Below are positions 1-8,661 of a stretch of DNA of 64,000 nt, piece after piece; position 1 is the first letter of the stretch; every line of letters starts with the position of its first letter. The DNA comes from an uncultured Acidobacteriia bacterium (GTDB lineage Bacteria; Acidobacteriota; Terriglobia; Bryobacterales; Bryobacteraceae): positions 3,454 through 67,453 of the forward strand of contig CAIYHG010000001.1 in assembly GCA_903925975.1 (NCBI GenBank), given 5' to 3'. Below the pieces are notes generated by a model that made no database searches, had not been told where the DNA came from, and was given only the letters and a program-made list of their open reading frames with translations. Both the position numbers and the translations under genes were made by a program.

Positions 1-698
1 AACTCGTTCGCTTCTGGCGCCAGAAGAGCCGCGTGCTGGGCGTGGTGGCGTCGCCCTTGGTGTTCTGGCTGCTGATCGGCTACGGCTCGAATGACCTGGC
101 GCGTTTCTATTCGGGCTCGCTGGTCCTCACCGTGATGTTTTCGGCGATCTTCTCCACCATTTCGATCATTGAGGATCGGCGCGAAGGCTTTCTGCTCTCC
201 ATGCTGGTTTCGCCCGCTCCGCGCACCAGCCTCGTGCTAGGTAAGATTTTGGGCTCGGCGACTCTGGCCTGGATACAAGGCCTGATCTTTCTCTGCTTCG
301 CCCCGCTGGCGGGTGTCGGTATCGGGTTCGCGGAGTTGCTGCCCGTAATCGCGGCCATCTTCCTGATCTCGTTTACGCTCACCGGCCTTGGTTTCGCGAT
401 CGCGTGGAAGATGGAATCCACCGCTGGGTTTCACGGCATCATGAACCTGCTGCTGGTGCCGATGTGGATGGTTTCGGGCGCGCTGTTCCCCATGGCGACG
501 GCTCACGGCTGGATCAAAGCGATTATGTGGGCGAACCCGCTGACGTATTCCGTGTCGCTGCTGAACCACGTACTGCGCCTGCCCAACGCCGCGCCCGGCG
601 CCGCTGTCAGCCTTGGCGTCACAGCCGGCTTCGGCCTGGTATTACTGCTAGCGTGCGGCGTAATGGCCGCGCAGAAAAGCGCACGGAGCGCCGCGTGA
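1..698 (+). CDS. ABC-2 type transporter permease (N-terminus outside window)
   Basis: ORF 33..698 stays open back to base 1 (..LVRFWRQKSRVLGVV..). Multi-span hydrophobic protein with a SIIEDRREGFLL..SPAPR region typical of ABC-2 (NodJ/NosY/Wzm-type) permeases. Its stop overlaps the next start (GTGA at 695-698). Confidence 0.8.
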   Translation, partial: LVRFWRQKSRVLGVVASPLVFWLLIGYGSNDLARFYSGSLVLTVMFSAIFSTISIIEDRREGFLLSMLVSPAPRTSLVLGKILGSATLAWIQGLIFLCFAPLAGVGIGFAELLPVIAAIFLISFTLTGLGFAIAWKMESTAGFHGIMNLLLVPMWMVSGALFPMATAHGWIKAIMWANPLTYSVSLLNHVLRLPNAAPGAAVSLGVTAGFGLVLLLACGVMAAQKSARSAA

Positions 699-1366
699 AT
701 TCGGGCAAGCCAAAACATACCCCAGTGGTGGGGCATGCTTTAGCTTGCCCGTGCTTGCCTCCCCGGCGGAGCCGGGAGGCAAGACGTTTCCAGAGTTTTG
801 CCGCAAGCTGTTTAGGTTGCTCAGCGATTCTCTTTGGCGCACTCCTACTAGCCTCCTGCTCCCAAACCGGCCCGCTACCCATACTTGGCCAAGTCCCCGA
901 GTTCCAACTCACCGACCAATCGGGCCGCCCGTTCGACAGCCGCAGCCTTTCCGGCCGCATTTGGATAGCCGACTTCATCTACACCACCTGCACGGGCCCG
1001 TGCCCGATGATGAGTTCCCGTATGGCGCGCCTGCAATCCGCCACCGCAGGAATGCCGGGCGTCCACTTGATCTCCTTCACCGTGGACCCAGCGCATGATA
1101 CTCCTGAGGTCCTGGCGGTCTACGGCCGCAACTTTCGCGCCGATCCAGCGCGTTGGAATTTCCTCACCGGCGACGCCGCGGCGCTTAACAATCTCGGCCG
1201 CGATTCCTTCCACCTCAACAGCGTCGATGGCAGCCTGGAGCACAGCATACGCTTCGCGCTGGTGGACGGGCAGGGAAGAGTCCGCGGCTACTACTCCATG
1301 ACCGATGACCGCTTTGAGCAGAGCATCCTGCGCGACCTGCGCCGGTTGCAGGCGGGGCAGGCATGA
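695..1366 (+). CDS. SCO1/SenC family copper chaperone (lipoprotein-like signal)
   Basis: Only the C-terminal ~220 codons of ORF 404..1366 are protein-like. CTGPCP (CxxxC) copper site, FTVDPAHDTPEVL and HSIRFALVD motifs, lipobox-like LLLASC. Start 695 chosen for the GTGA coupling; 725, 728 and 755 are alternatives. Confidence 0.85.
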   Translation: MNSGKPKHTPVVGHALACPCLPPRRSREARRFQSFAASCLGCSAILFGALLLASCSQTGPLPILGQVPEFQLTDQSGRPFDSRSLSGRIWIADFIYTTCTGPCPMMSSRMARLQSATAGMPGVHLISFTVDPAHDTPEVLAVYGRNFRADPARWNFLTGDAAALNNLGRDSFHLNSVDGSLEHSIRFALVDGQGRVRGYYSMTDDRFEQSILRDLRRLQAGQA

Positions 1367-1773
1367 CGCCTCTTCTCCCGGGCATTAACGCCGTTTTGAA
1401 CGCCACTTCGGCTCTATTGCTGGTGTGGGGCTACACGCTGATCCGGGGCAAGCGCATCGAGGCCCATCGCCGCGCCATGACCGCTGCGTTCGTAACGTCG
1501 TGTCTTTTTCTGGCGGGGTACCTTACCTACCACTATCAGGTTGGGACGGTGCGCTTTCCACGAAGCGGCGCCCTCCGCGCCATCTATCTGAGCATCCTCG
1601 GCACTCACACAGTTCTCGCAGCGCTGGTTCCCGTGCTGGCCATTATTACGCTGAGCCGAGGGCTGAGCGCGCGCTACAACAAGCACCGCCAGATCGCCCG
1701 CTGGACCCTGCCCATTTGGCTCTACGTGAGCGTCACCGGCGTAGTAGTCTACTGGATGCTTTACCGCCTCTAA
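1363..1773 (+). CDS. DUF420 family membrane protein
   Basis: 136 aa with 4 predicted TM spans. N-terminus LPGINAVLNATSALLLVWGY..IRGKRIEAHRRAM is typical of DUF420, often found next to SCO1 and cytochrome oxidase genes. ATGA overlap with the SCO1 stop. Confidence 0.8.
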   Translation: MTPLLPGINAVLNATSALLLVWGYTLIRGKRIEAHRRAMTAAFVTSCLFLAGYLTYHYQVGTVRFPRSGALRAIYLSILGTHTVLAALVPVLAIITLSRGLSARYNKHRQIARWTLPIWLYVSVTGVVVYWMLYRL

Positions 1774-2368
1774 CTGCCACGCGTCCCGCAGCCGCAAACG
1801 GCCGCATCGCCTCGCGCCATAGCGCGCGCACATAGCGTCCCCCGAGCAGCGCGGCAATCAGCAGCGAGCCGAACAGCAGGACTGCGTCGATACTTTCGCG
1901 TCCCTGGCGCTCCCAATACACGTCGCGCAGGTTGAGCCACAGCGCGAATTCGTCCAGAGTAAGCGCCGCGCCGGCGCCGTAGAGAACGGCAAGAGCGCGG
2001 CCCGGCCAATGCGATTCCCTCCGGCGTCCCGAATCGTGTTCGAGCAACCCCGCATAGCCCGCCGCTAGCAAGAGGGCGATTCCGAAGACCATATGGTGAA
2101 TGTGCCGCCCGCCCATCTCAACGTCGCGGAACGGCCCCCAGTCGGCCCGTATCGCGTGCGCCACAAACCGGACCGCGGCGAAAGAGAAATAGAAGCTGAT
2201 GGCGGCCAGGAACTGGCGCTCGCGCCGCCGGTCTGAGAAGTGCTTGCGGTAGAGCGCTGCCGCGCGATGTCTGCCCCGAATGGCCAGCGTCAGTGCCAGG
2301 AAGGCCAGCGCCGCCGCTAGAAAGACCGCCAACCCGACGTGCCCGGCATGGAACTCGATCAGGCCCAA
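1733..2368 (-). CDS. hypothetical integral membrane protein
   Basis: 211-aa ORF with several hydrophobic spans and normal composition. Convergent 41-nt overlap with the DUF420 gene. No family recognised. Confidence 0.6.
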   Translation of the reverse strand: MGLIEFHAGHVGLAVFLAAALAFLALTLAIRGRHRAAALYRKHFSDRRRERQFLAAISFYFSFAAVRFVAHAIRADWGPFRDVEMGGRHIHHMVFGIALLLAAGYAGLLEHDSGRRRESHWPGRALAVLYGAGAALTLDEFALWLNLRDVYWERQGRESIDAVLLFGSLLIAALLGGRYVRALWREAMRPFAAAGRVAVRGGKASSRLLRR

Positions 2369-2434
2369 TGCGCCTCCCGCACGGCCGAACGGATGCTCCG
2401 CGTGCGTCCGTGTGCGCGCGCGGAGCCTGCCCGC

Positions 2435-3001
2435 CTATTTCAAGGCTTCGTCGATTCCCTTGGAAATTTCCTCGAACGTGAACGTCTCGATGAAAGGCGC
2501 TCCGTTCACAAAAACCGTCGGCGTCTTCGCCACGCCGCGCGCAACGCCATCCTGAAAATCTTTCTCGACCAGCGCGGCGATGCGCGCGTCATCGAGCGCG
2601 GCAATGGCTTCTTCGGCCTTCACCCCGTGGGACGTGGCAAACTCCGCCAGACGCTGGTTGAAATTGTCGGTCGTAGTCTGCGCGAGGTTGGCCAGCGTCC
2701 AGCGCCGGTATTCCAGGCCCAGCTTCGGGTCCTTCTCGCCGAAGAAACGCGCCGCGATGGCCGCGCGCCGGGACCATACGTGCTTCGCTAAGGGGAAATC
2801 GCGATGCACAAACTCCACGCTGCCCGCGTATTTCGGCAGGATCTGACGATCCATCATGAGGCGGAAATTGGCGCAATCCGAGCACGCCAGGTCCTCGTAA
2901 ATCACTACGCGGACCGGGCTGCCGGGTTTGCCTTCGGTCAGCCCCTGCGCGGATAGCGCGGCCACTGTAATCATAAGCGTCAAAGCGGTGCGGGCGATCA
3001 T
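2435..3001 (-). CDS. DsbA-family thiol:disulfide oxidoreductase (thioredoxin fold)
   Basis: Signal peptide, CSDC active-site CxxC, KTPTVFVNGAPF near the C-terminus. ATGA overlap with the upstream gene. Confidence 0.8.
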   Translation of the reverse strand: MIARTALTLMITVAALSAQGLTEGKPGSPVRVVIYEDLACSDCANFRLMMDRQILPKYAGSVEFVHRDFPLAKHVWSRRAAIAARFFGEKDPKLGLEYRRWTLANLAQTTTDNFNQRLAEFATSHGVKAEEAIAALDDARIAALVEKDFQDGVARGVAKTPTVFVNGAPFIETFTFEEISKGIDEALK

Positions 3002-3834
3002 ATCTTTACCGGCGAATCGAGTACGAACGTGAGTCGCGATTCGGAAGGAATACGGACGCGCTGGCCTTTGGTGATAACCTGCGCTCCCGCGCCGGCCGCT
3101 CCGCCTGCCGCCGCACCCAGCGCAGCGCCTTTTCCGCCGCCCGCGATGGCGCCGATGATAGAGCCTATCACGGCCGCTCCCCCGGCCACTTTGGCCGTCT
3201 GCTCACCGCGCGAATCGCTTACCTGCGTCACCGACTCCGTATTCACCGCGACTATGCGGTCATTCACCTTGACCGACTGCAAATTCAGAGCCAGTTCGGC
3301 GCGCCCGGTCAACTTGCCGGAGTCCTTCGAGTCCACGAGTTTCACCACCACATCGGCGCCGCGGGGAATCACCGTCTGGTTATTCACTACCACCGCTTCA
3401 TCGAGCGACGCGGCAAACGTCTGCCCCACCGCACTCGTCTCCGAATCCACGCCGTCGATCATGCGGATCACCAGATTCGTGCCGGCCGGAAGTTCGAGAG
3501 ACCCTCCACGCGCGGGAGGCGGCGCGGGAGCGGGAACCGTCTCGGGGCGCAGGACAATGCGACGCGGAGCCGGGGCGGCTGCGGCCGCCGGAGCCGGAGC
3601 GGGTCGTGGAGCCGGCGCTGCGGTCTGCGCCGTGGGAGCGCCCGCGCTGAACTCAATCTTCTGCACGTCGGAAATGTCGAAGGTCTGCACCTGATCGGAC
3701 ACTTCGATTCTCACCTGGCGCGCGGTTCCCCCCAGGAAAGTCCCGTTGATCACGCGGCCAGTCTTAAGCGTAATCGTGTCAGCGAAACCGGCTGTCGCGA
3801 CAGCCAGTAATACGGCAAGTTTCAGTAAGCGCAT
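2998..3834 (-). CDS. secreted hypothetical protein with Ala/Pro linker and C-terminal glycine-zipper
   Basis: Start trimmed to MRLLKLAVLLAVATAGFA (signal peptide). Has an APAPRPAPAPAAAAAPAP linker and a C-terminal GGAAVIGSIIGAIAGGGKGAALGAAAGGAAGAGA segment. Confidence 0.65.
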   Translation of the reverse strand: MRLLKLAVLLAVATAGFADTITLKTGRVINGTFLGGTARQVRIEVSDQVQTFDISDVQKIEFSAGAPTAQTAAPAPRPAPAPAAAAAPAPRRIVLRPETVPAPAPPPARGGSLELPAGTNLVIRMIDGVDSETSAVGQTFAASLDEAVVVNNQTVIPRGADVVVKLVDSKDSGKLTGRAELALNLQSVKVNDRIVAVNTESVTQVSDSRGEQTAKVAGGAAVIGSIIGAIAGGGKGAALGAAAGGAAGAGAQVITKGQRVRIPSESRLTFVLDSPVKI

Positions 3835-3928
3835 AGTCGTACCCTGTGAGGTAGTTTCCTCCCTCAATTGTATGACGCACGGCTTCTGCGGATGGTTCAA
3901 CTTTAGTCAGAGCCGGTCTGAGCCGCAA

Positions 3929-4055
3929 CCGGCTAGGGAGCGGTGATAGCGGCCGTTCCGCATGGACAACGGGTCAAGCCGTTCAAAACTGCAACTCACC
4001 GCGTGTGGCGAAGCCGCGCCGCCCTCGGAGGGTTCTACGGCCGCTCCCTAGTCGG
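3929..4055. repeat. 15-nt inverted repeat pair separated by 97 nt in a non-coding spacer
   Basis: CCGGCTAGGGAGCGG (3929-3943) against CCGCTCCCTAGTCGG (4041-4055), 14/15 complementary. Confidence 0.6.
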
Positions 4056-4074
4056 TCGCGGCTCGGCTTCGGCT

Positions 4075-4944
4075 TTATGCCGGCTTCCGAGTGTGCAGAA
4101 CCGGCGCAATCTTCCGCGCCACTTCCTTGCCGCGCTCGTACGCTGCCTGGTAGAGCTCTTTCTGTTCTCCGTGGCTATGGCTCGCCCCCGTTTCGTGCAG
4201 TTTCTGCAAGCCCTTGCCGATGACGAACGTGACCGCGTAGGCGATCGCGCCCTTGGGGATCAATCCGCCTCCGAATGGAATCTTCCCAGCCAGTTCGCGC
4301 GCGATGGCGCGCCAGCCGAAGGCGCCCGCGGCGATGCCAGCGATCTCCGCTTTTTGGTTCGCGAACCCGACTTCTCTACCGTGCGCCGCCGCCAGCATAA
4401 ACGCCATGCGGATCTGGTTCGCGGTCATGAAGAACGTGTCCGACGCGAACTCGCCGACCGCCCAGGGCAGTTCCATCAGGTTGGGAATTACATCCGGCAG
4501 CGCCGTGGTGATCGCAAAGAGCGCGTTCTCCCGCGCCACGCTTTGAATGATGTCGTCTACCACCGGGCCGCGGAACGCCGGAAACTTCCTGGCCAGCGGC
4601 ATGCTCAGATCCGGGTTCGAATGCAGAATCTCTTCTACCGTCCTGCGCGGGTCGCCGCGGTAGAACTGGTACGTGCCATTCGGCCCCTCGATGTTGTCGG
4701 CGTAAAGGACTATATCCACGTTCTTCGGCACGCTGGCATCTTCCGCACGATGCACGGACTTGCGCATCGCCTGGCGCGCTCTTTCGGAGGCCGACGCCGG
4801 AATCAGCAGCGATTTCATTTCGTCATACTCGCCCGAAGCTGCCGCCACCATGCCGATGTGAACCTCCCTGTTCGCGCGATTCGCGATTTCATCGGGACCG
4901 AGCATGGAAAACGCCGCGCGCGCCTGCTTAATGAGCTTGAGCAT
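4075..4944 (-). CDS. hypothetical protein, DUF697 (YcjF)-like C-terminal half
   Basis: Start trimmed to MLKLIKQ (the upstream part of ORF 4075..5199 overlaps the previous gene). Pattern NQIRMAFMLAAAHG..KIPFGGGLIPKGAIAYAVTFVIGKG resembles DUF697. 2-nt spacer to the upstream gene. Confidence 0.6.
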   Translation of the reverse strand: MLKLIKQARAAFSMLGPDEIANRANREVHIGMVAAASGEYDEMKSLLIPASASERARQAMRKSVHRAEDASVPKNVDIVLYADNIEGPNGTYQFYRGDPRRTVEEILHSNPDLSMPLARKFPAFRGPVVDDIIQSVARENALFAITTALPDVIPNLMELPWAVGEFASDTFFMTANQIRMAFMLAAAHGREVGFANQKAEIAGIAAGAFGWRAIARELAGKIPFGGGLIPKGAIAYAVTFVIGKGLQKLHETGASHSHGEQKELYQAAYERGKEVARKIAPVLHTRKPA

Positions 4945-4946
4945 AT

Positions 4947-6446
4947 TTAGTCCGGACGCCGCGCTCCGGCCAACCGGAACACGACGCGCAACTCCTGACG
5001 CCATTCTACCGCCAGCCCGATTCGCTCCACATCCACAAGCGGCGAGAAATAATTCAGTATCACTTCCGTAGTGGGGTGAAACTCGAGGCTGGGCGAAACC
5101 AGCAGCAGCCGCGGCGGCTCGCGCCGCAGTTCCATCCCCGGAAAATATCCGGCTGGGGTGAACGCGCCGCGTTCCAGCAGCCACTTGACGTGGATCCAAT
5201 AGTCTAGGGCCTGAAGCGGCAGGTGCAGATCGGCCGAGGCCTTGAGTTCAAGCGCCGCCAGGCGGCCCGAGCGATCAGCCGCAAGCAGATCGATCACTCC
5301 GCGTTCGCCACCCGTAAATACCGGCGTTTGCCCGTAAATGTACCCGGGGAGCAGGGAAGCGTCCACCGTTTCGATCTCCGCGCGCACGCGCGATTCCAGC
5401 CACGCCTCGGGCGCTTGCCGGTACGCCGGGTGGTTGCGGTCCGTCGTGCGGGGCGAGCGCAGGCGCTCCAACTCCGCCGCCAGACGCTCGATTTCCGGCA
5501 AGTGACCCACGTCGGCCGGGCGCCGGTCGCCGATCCCGAAGCGCAGCTCGCCGTTACGCCACTCCGCGAACTCGATGCCGCGCACGCGCAAACTGACGCG
5601 GCCGCCGGGGCGGGGAACGCGCTCCACGCCGGGAAGCCCAACAATGCGCTCCCACGCGCCCCAATCCCGGGGTTCATCGCCCGAAAGTTCCAGGCGCGTC
5701 GATAGATTGCCGTGGTCCTTCAGGTCCACGCGCGCCACGTAGTCGTTCTCGGAATAGGCGAAGAGGTTGAACTGCGCGGCCGAGGGGTCCAGATACAGCA
5801 TCCGCAGCGCCACGCTGCCCTCGCGCCCTTCCGGCGCATAGACCGCAAGCCCTTCCACGGCGACGCGCTTCTCCCGCTGGCGCAGGTACGAAAGCCAGAT
5901 CAGTCCGAAGGAAAGCGCGCCTGCGGCATCCGCGCCGGGTGGGCTCGCAATCGCCGCCCAGCCGTGCGTCCCGTGGCGCAGAAACGCCCGCGGATACGAT
6001 GGCGAGAGGCTGTGCGCCAGATCGGCTTCGGCGCTCAGCTCCGCCAGCGTCCACGCCGGAAACTGGCGCCGCAGCAACAGGCGGAAACGTTCGCGGAATA
6101 CCAGGCGCGCGCTGCGCAGGCCCGCGTCGGCTCCGGCGCGGCGGAGCAGGTCCACCAGATAGAGCGGCCCCTCCCTGCGCCCGAAGCGTTCCACGGAAAG
6201 CTCTATCCGCGCCCGTTCCCGCTTCCGCACCGACTGCACCCGGCGCGTCAGGTTGCGCGTGCGGTCCCATGCTTGCAGCGTGAGCCGCGAGCCGCGCATT
6301 TCGAGCAGGAAGTTCCCATCGGTGAGCGGCAGCAGGTCTTCTCCCGGCTCGTAGAGCGCGGGCTGTTTCGCGCTTGCCAGGAATTCCTCGACTGCGGTGC
6401 GGATCTCCCCCGCGGTTTGCGCCGGCGCCTCCGGAACGGTTGGCAT
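4947..6446 (-). CDS. hypothetical protein with C-terminal PD-(D/E)xK (NucS/RecB-like) nuclease-fold domain
   Basis: 499 aa. Residues 383-416 read GVIDLLAADRSGRLAALELK..LQALDY (D-x13-E-x-K plus QxxxY). No motif recognised in the N-terminal ~380 aa. Confidence 0.7.
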   Translation of the reverse strand: MPTVPEAPAQTAGEIRTAVEEFLASAKQPALYEPGEDLLPLTDGNFLLEMRGSRLTLQAWDRTRNLTRRVQSVRKRERARIELSVERFGRREGPLYLVDLLRRAGADAGLRSARLVFRERFRLLLRRQFPAWTLAELSAEADLAHSLSPSYPRAFLRHGTHGWAAIASPPGADAAGALSFGLIWLSYLRQREKRVAVEGLAVYAPEGREGSVALRMLYLDPSAAQFNLFAYSENDYVARVDLKDHGNLSTRLELSGDEPRDWGAWERIVGLPGVERVPRPGGRVSLRVRGIEFAEWRNGELRFGIGDRRPADVGHLPEIERLAAELERLRSPRTTDRNHPAYRQAPEAWLESRVRAEIETVDASLLPGYIYGQTPVFTGGERGVIDLLAADRSGRLAALELKASADLHLPLQALDYWIHVKWLLERGAFTPAGYFPGMELRREPPRLLLVSPSLEFHPTTEVILNYFSPLVDVERIGLAVEWRQELRVVFRLAGARRPD

Positions 6447-6508
6447 GGAAGACTAATGATAGCCACTGGATTCGGATGCCGCCAGTATGCCATCCTGAAC
6501 GATTCAGT

Positions 6509-7126
6509 ATGGACATCATTACCGGCACGGTCGGTTGGATCGAAGTGATCTGCGGGCCCATGTTTTCGGGCAAGAGCGAAGAGCTGATCAGGCGCCTGCG
6601 CAGGGCCATGATCGCGCGCAAGCGCGTGGAAGTCTTCAAGCCGACCATCGATAACCGCTACTCGGCCAACGAAATCGTCTCCCACGGCGATCTGCGCATG
6701 AATTCGCAGGTGGTTTCGGGCGCCGCTGAAATCATCGAGCGCATCGACTGGCGCTCGGAAGTAGTGGGCGTGGACGAAGCCAACTTCATGGGGCCGGAAC
6801 TCGTGGAGGTGGCGGGGCGCCTGGCCGATAGCGGCAAGCAGGTGATCATCGCGGGCCTGGATACGGATTACCTCGGCCGCCCCTTCCCGCCCATTCCGGA
6901 CCTCTTGGCCCACGCCGAATCCATCACCAAGACCCTGGCCATCTGCGTCCGCTGCGGCAACCCCGCCAAGCATACCCAGCGTCTGCGCGGGTCGGACGAC
7001 CTGATCGTGGTCGGCGCCGCCGATATGTACGAAGCCCGCTGCCGCCGCTGCTTCGAGCCCGGCATCCCCAAGCAGACCGAACTCGATTTCATCAAGGCCA
7101 AGCGCGCGGAAAAGAACCCGGTTTAG
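6509..7126 (+). CDS. tdk: thymidine kinase
   Basis: Start trimmed to MDIITGTVGWIEVICGPMFSGKSEELIRR (P-loop). C-terminal zinc-binding cysteines CVRCG..CRRC. Confidence 0.95.
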   Translation: MDIITGTVGWIEVICGPMFSGKSEELIRRLRRAMIARKRVEVFKPTIDNRYSANEIVSHGDLRMNSQVVSGAAEIIERIDWRSEVVGVDEANFMGPELVEVAGRLADSGKQVIIAGLDTDYLGRPFPPIPDLLAHAESITKTLAICVRCGNPAKHTQRLRGSDDLIVVGAADMYEARCRRCFEPGIPKQTELDFIKAKRAEKNPV

Positions 7127-7157
7127 TCGCCGCCAGCCTTCGCCAACCCCCTGTGGC

Positions 7158-7200
7158 GCAAGCCGCCAGGCTTGCAGAGTCGGCGGTCGAGCCGACTTTC
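7158..7200 (+). terminator. two tandem hairpins after tdk
   Basis: GCAAGCC-GCCA-GGCTTGC (7158-7175) and AGTCGGC-GGTCGA-GCCGACT (7178-7197), followed by TTCCCC. The U-tract is weak. Confidence 0.4.
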
Positions 7201-7308
7201 CCCGGCCGGGACCACGGTCAACACCCCGTGCGACAAGCAGCTCTTCCACCCGGCGACGGAGACCACAGTGCCCTCAATCCCGTTGCGCTATCCTAGTAGT
7301 ACAACCTC

Positions 7309-7659
7309 ATGATTTCCCGTATTGCCATTGCCACAGCTGACGGTGTGTCCGTTAGCCCGCATTTAGCGCGCGCCTCCGCTTTCATCGTGCTGGAGCTTGA
7401 ATCCGGCCAGATCGCCTCGAAAACGGTGCGTACCCGCGAGAGCGACCAGTGCGGCAACCACAAGAGTTTCGTTGAGATGCTGGAAGGCTGCTCCGCGGTA
7501 ATCTGCGGCGGCATTGGCGAAGGCGCCTTTGACTCCCTGACGGCCAACGGCATCAAGTCCATCGTCGTCGCCGGCGAGTTCACCATCGAAGACGCCGCTG
7601 CCCGGTATGTATCCGGCACGCTGCCCGAAACCGACGAGCGCGTCTGCCTTTGCCATTAA
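7309..7659 (+). CDS. NifB/NifX-family (dinitrogenase FeMo-cofactor biosynthesis domain) protein
   Basis: 116 aa. IAIATADG..HLARASAFIV and AVICGGIGEGAFDSLTANGIKS match the stand-alone NifX/NifB-C domain architecture. Confidence 0.8.
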   Translation: MISRIAIATADGVSVSPHLARASAFIVLELESGQIASKTVRTRESDQCGNHKSFVEMLEGCSAVICGGIGEGAFDSLTANGIKSIVVAGEFTIEDAAARYVSGTLPETDERVCLCH

Positions 7660-7829
7660 GTTCGAGTCTGCTCGCAAAACCGTTTACTCATTTTCCGATT
7701 GGGGCCGGACCGGAGCGAGACACGGCGTGCCACCCGGTCTACCCCACTGGGCCGGTGGCGTAAGTCCCTGGCTGCAAATAGGTTGATGGGCAGGGTCGGG
7801 CAGGTGAACCCAACTGGGGAGGGCTGCTC

Positions 7830-7890
7830 AAAATAGAAACCGGGGACAAAAGGACCGTCTCCGTGCGGAAGACGGTCCTTCTGTCCCCGG
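7830..7890 (-). terminator. rho-independent terminator of the ferredoxin gene
   Basis: 21-bp stem (7840-7860 pairs with 7870-7890, one mismatch), 9-nt loop, followed on the minus strand by TTTCTATTTT. Lies between convergent genes. Confidence 0.75.
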
Positions 7891-7917
7891 TCTTGTTGGA
7901 CCGGCTTTGGCCCCGGT

Positions 7918-8169
7918 TTAGTTGAAGTAGGCTGCGTTGGCTTCGACGGCTCCGGCGAAATCCGCAGGAACTTCGTCGAGCGGGAAAACCGAATTCGTCG
8001 GGCACACAGGGACGCAAGCGCCGCAGTCGATGCAGTCGTTCGGATTCACATAGAGTTGCGGAATTTCCGCGAACCCGGCCTCATCGGCCTTCGGGTGGAT
8101 GCAGTCCACCGGGCATGCCTGCACGCACAACTCGTCCTTCGTACAACTGCTGGTGATAACGTATGCCAT
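7918..8169 (-). CDS. ferredoxin (3Fe-4S/4Fe-4S type)
   Basis: MAYVITSSC..C..ACPVDCIHP and CIDCGACVPVCP cluster motifs, 83 aa. Confidence 0.9.
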   Translation of the reverse strand: MAYVITSSCTKDELCVQACPVDCIHPKADEAGFAEIPQLYVNPNDCIDCGACVPVCPTNSVFPLDEVPADFAGAVEANAAYFN

Positions 8170-8412
8170 GCCGTTCGGAGTGCAATTCCGGCGCCAGCGG
8201 CGTTTGACCCGTAAATGCAGGAAAATGAGACGGGAAACTCAAGAACGGAGAAAATTTGTTGGGTGAAGTGACGCAGGCTGCCACCGTTACATGGTCAACT
8301 CGCGCAACTGGGTCCAGTTTGGGCCGTCTTTCCCGCGTGGGAGGCGTCCAGCGAAGCAGGTGGCGGCGCGCTACCGGCGATCTGCTTCCACCGTGCTAAT
8401 ATAGTTCAAGTT

Positions 8413-8622
8413 ATGGCAATTCCGAATGTGAAGCGGTTCCGGCCCTTTTGCCCGACCTGCAACGATAATTACACGTTAATGGCTGTCCTGCCGAAGGAAA
8501 CCAACGTGGACCAGTACCTGGCGGATGCGGTGGCGCGCCACGATCACAAGGCGTTCCAGGAATCCAAGGTATTGCACTTCAAGGTGCGCGTCGGCCAGCA
8601 GAAGCAGAAGAAGGCGAAGTAG
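8413..8622 (+). CDS. small hypothetical protein (69 aa, Lys-rich tail)
   Basis: ATG start after an AT-rich stretch containing taatat. A GC hairpin plus T-rich tract lies 8 nt after the stop. No family recognised. Confidence 0.5.
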   Translation: MAIPNVKRFRPFCPTCNDNYTLMAVLPKETNVDQYLADAVARHDHKAFQESKVLHFKVRVGQQKQKKAK

Positions 8623-8629
8623 ATTTTTG

Positions 8630-8660
8630 GGGGCAGGCCCCAGCGGCCTGCCCTTCTTGC
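8630..8660 (+). terminator. hairpin terminator after small ORF 8413..8622
   Basis: GGGCAGGCC (8631-8639), 5-nt loop, GGCCTGCCC (8645-8653), then TTCTTGCGTT. Confidence 0.6.
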
Positions 8661-8661
8661 G

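Noticed and set aside
5674-6648. 324-aa ORF on the minus strand, and the 278-aa plus-strand ORF 5712..6548, both overlapping the nuclease-fold gene and the tdk upstream region.
   Set aside because: Both are alternative or antisense frames of 4947..6446 with extreme Arg/Ala/Gly/Pro bias. Accepting either would also run through the tdk promoter region.
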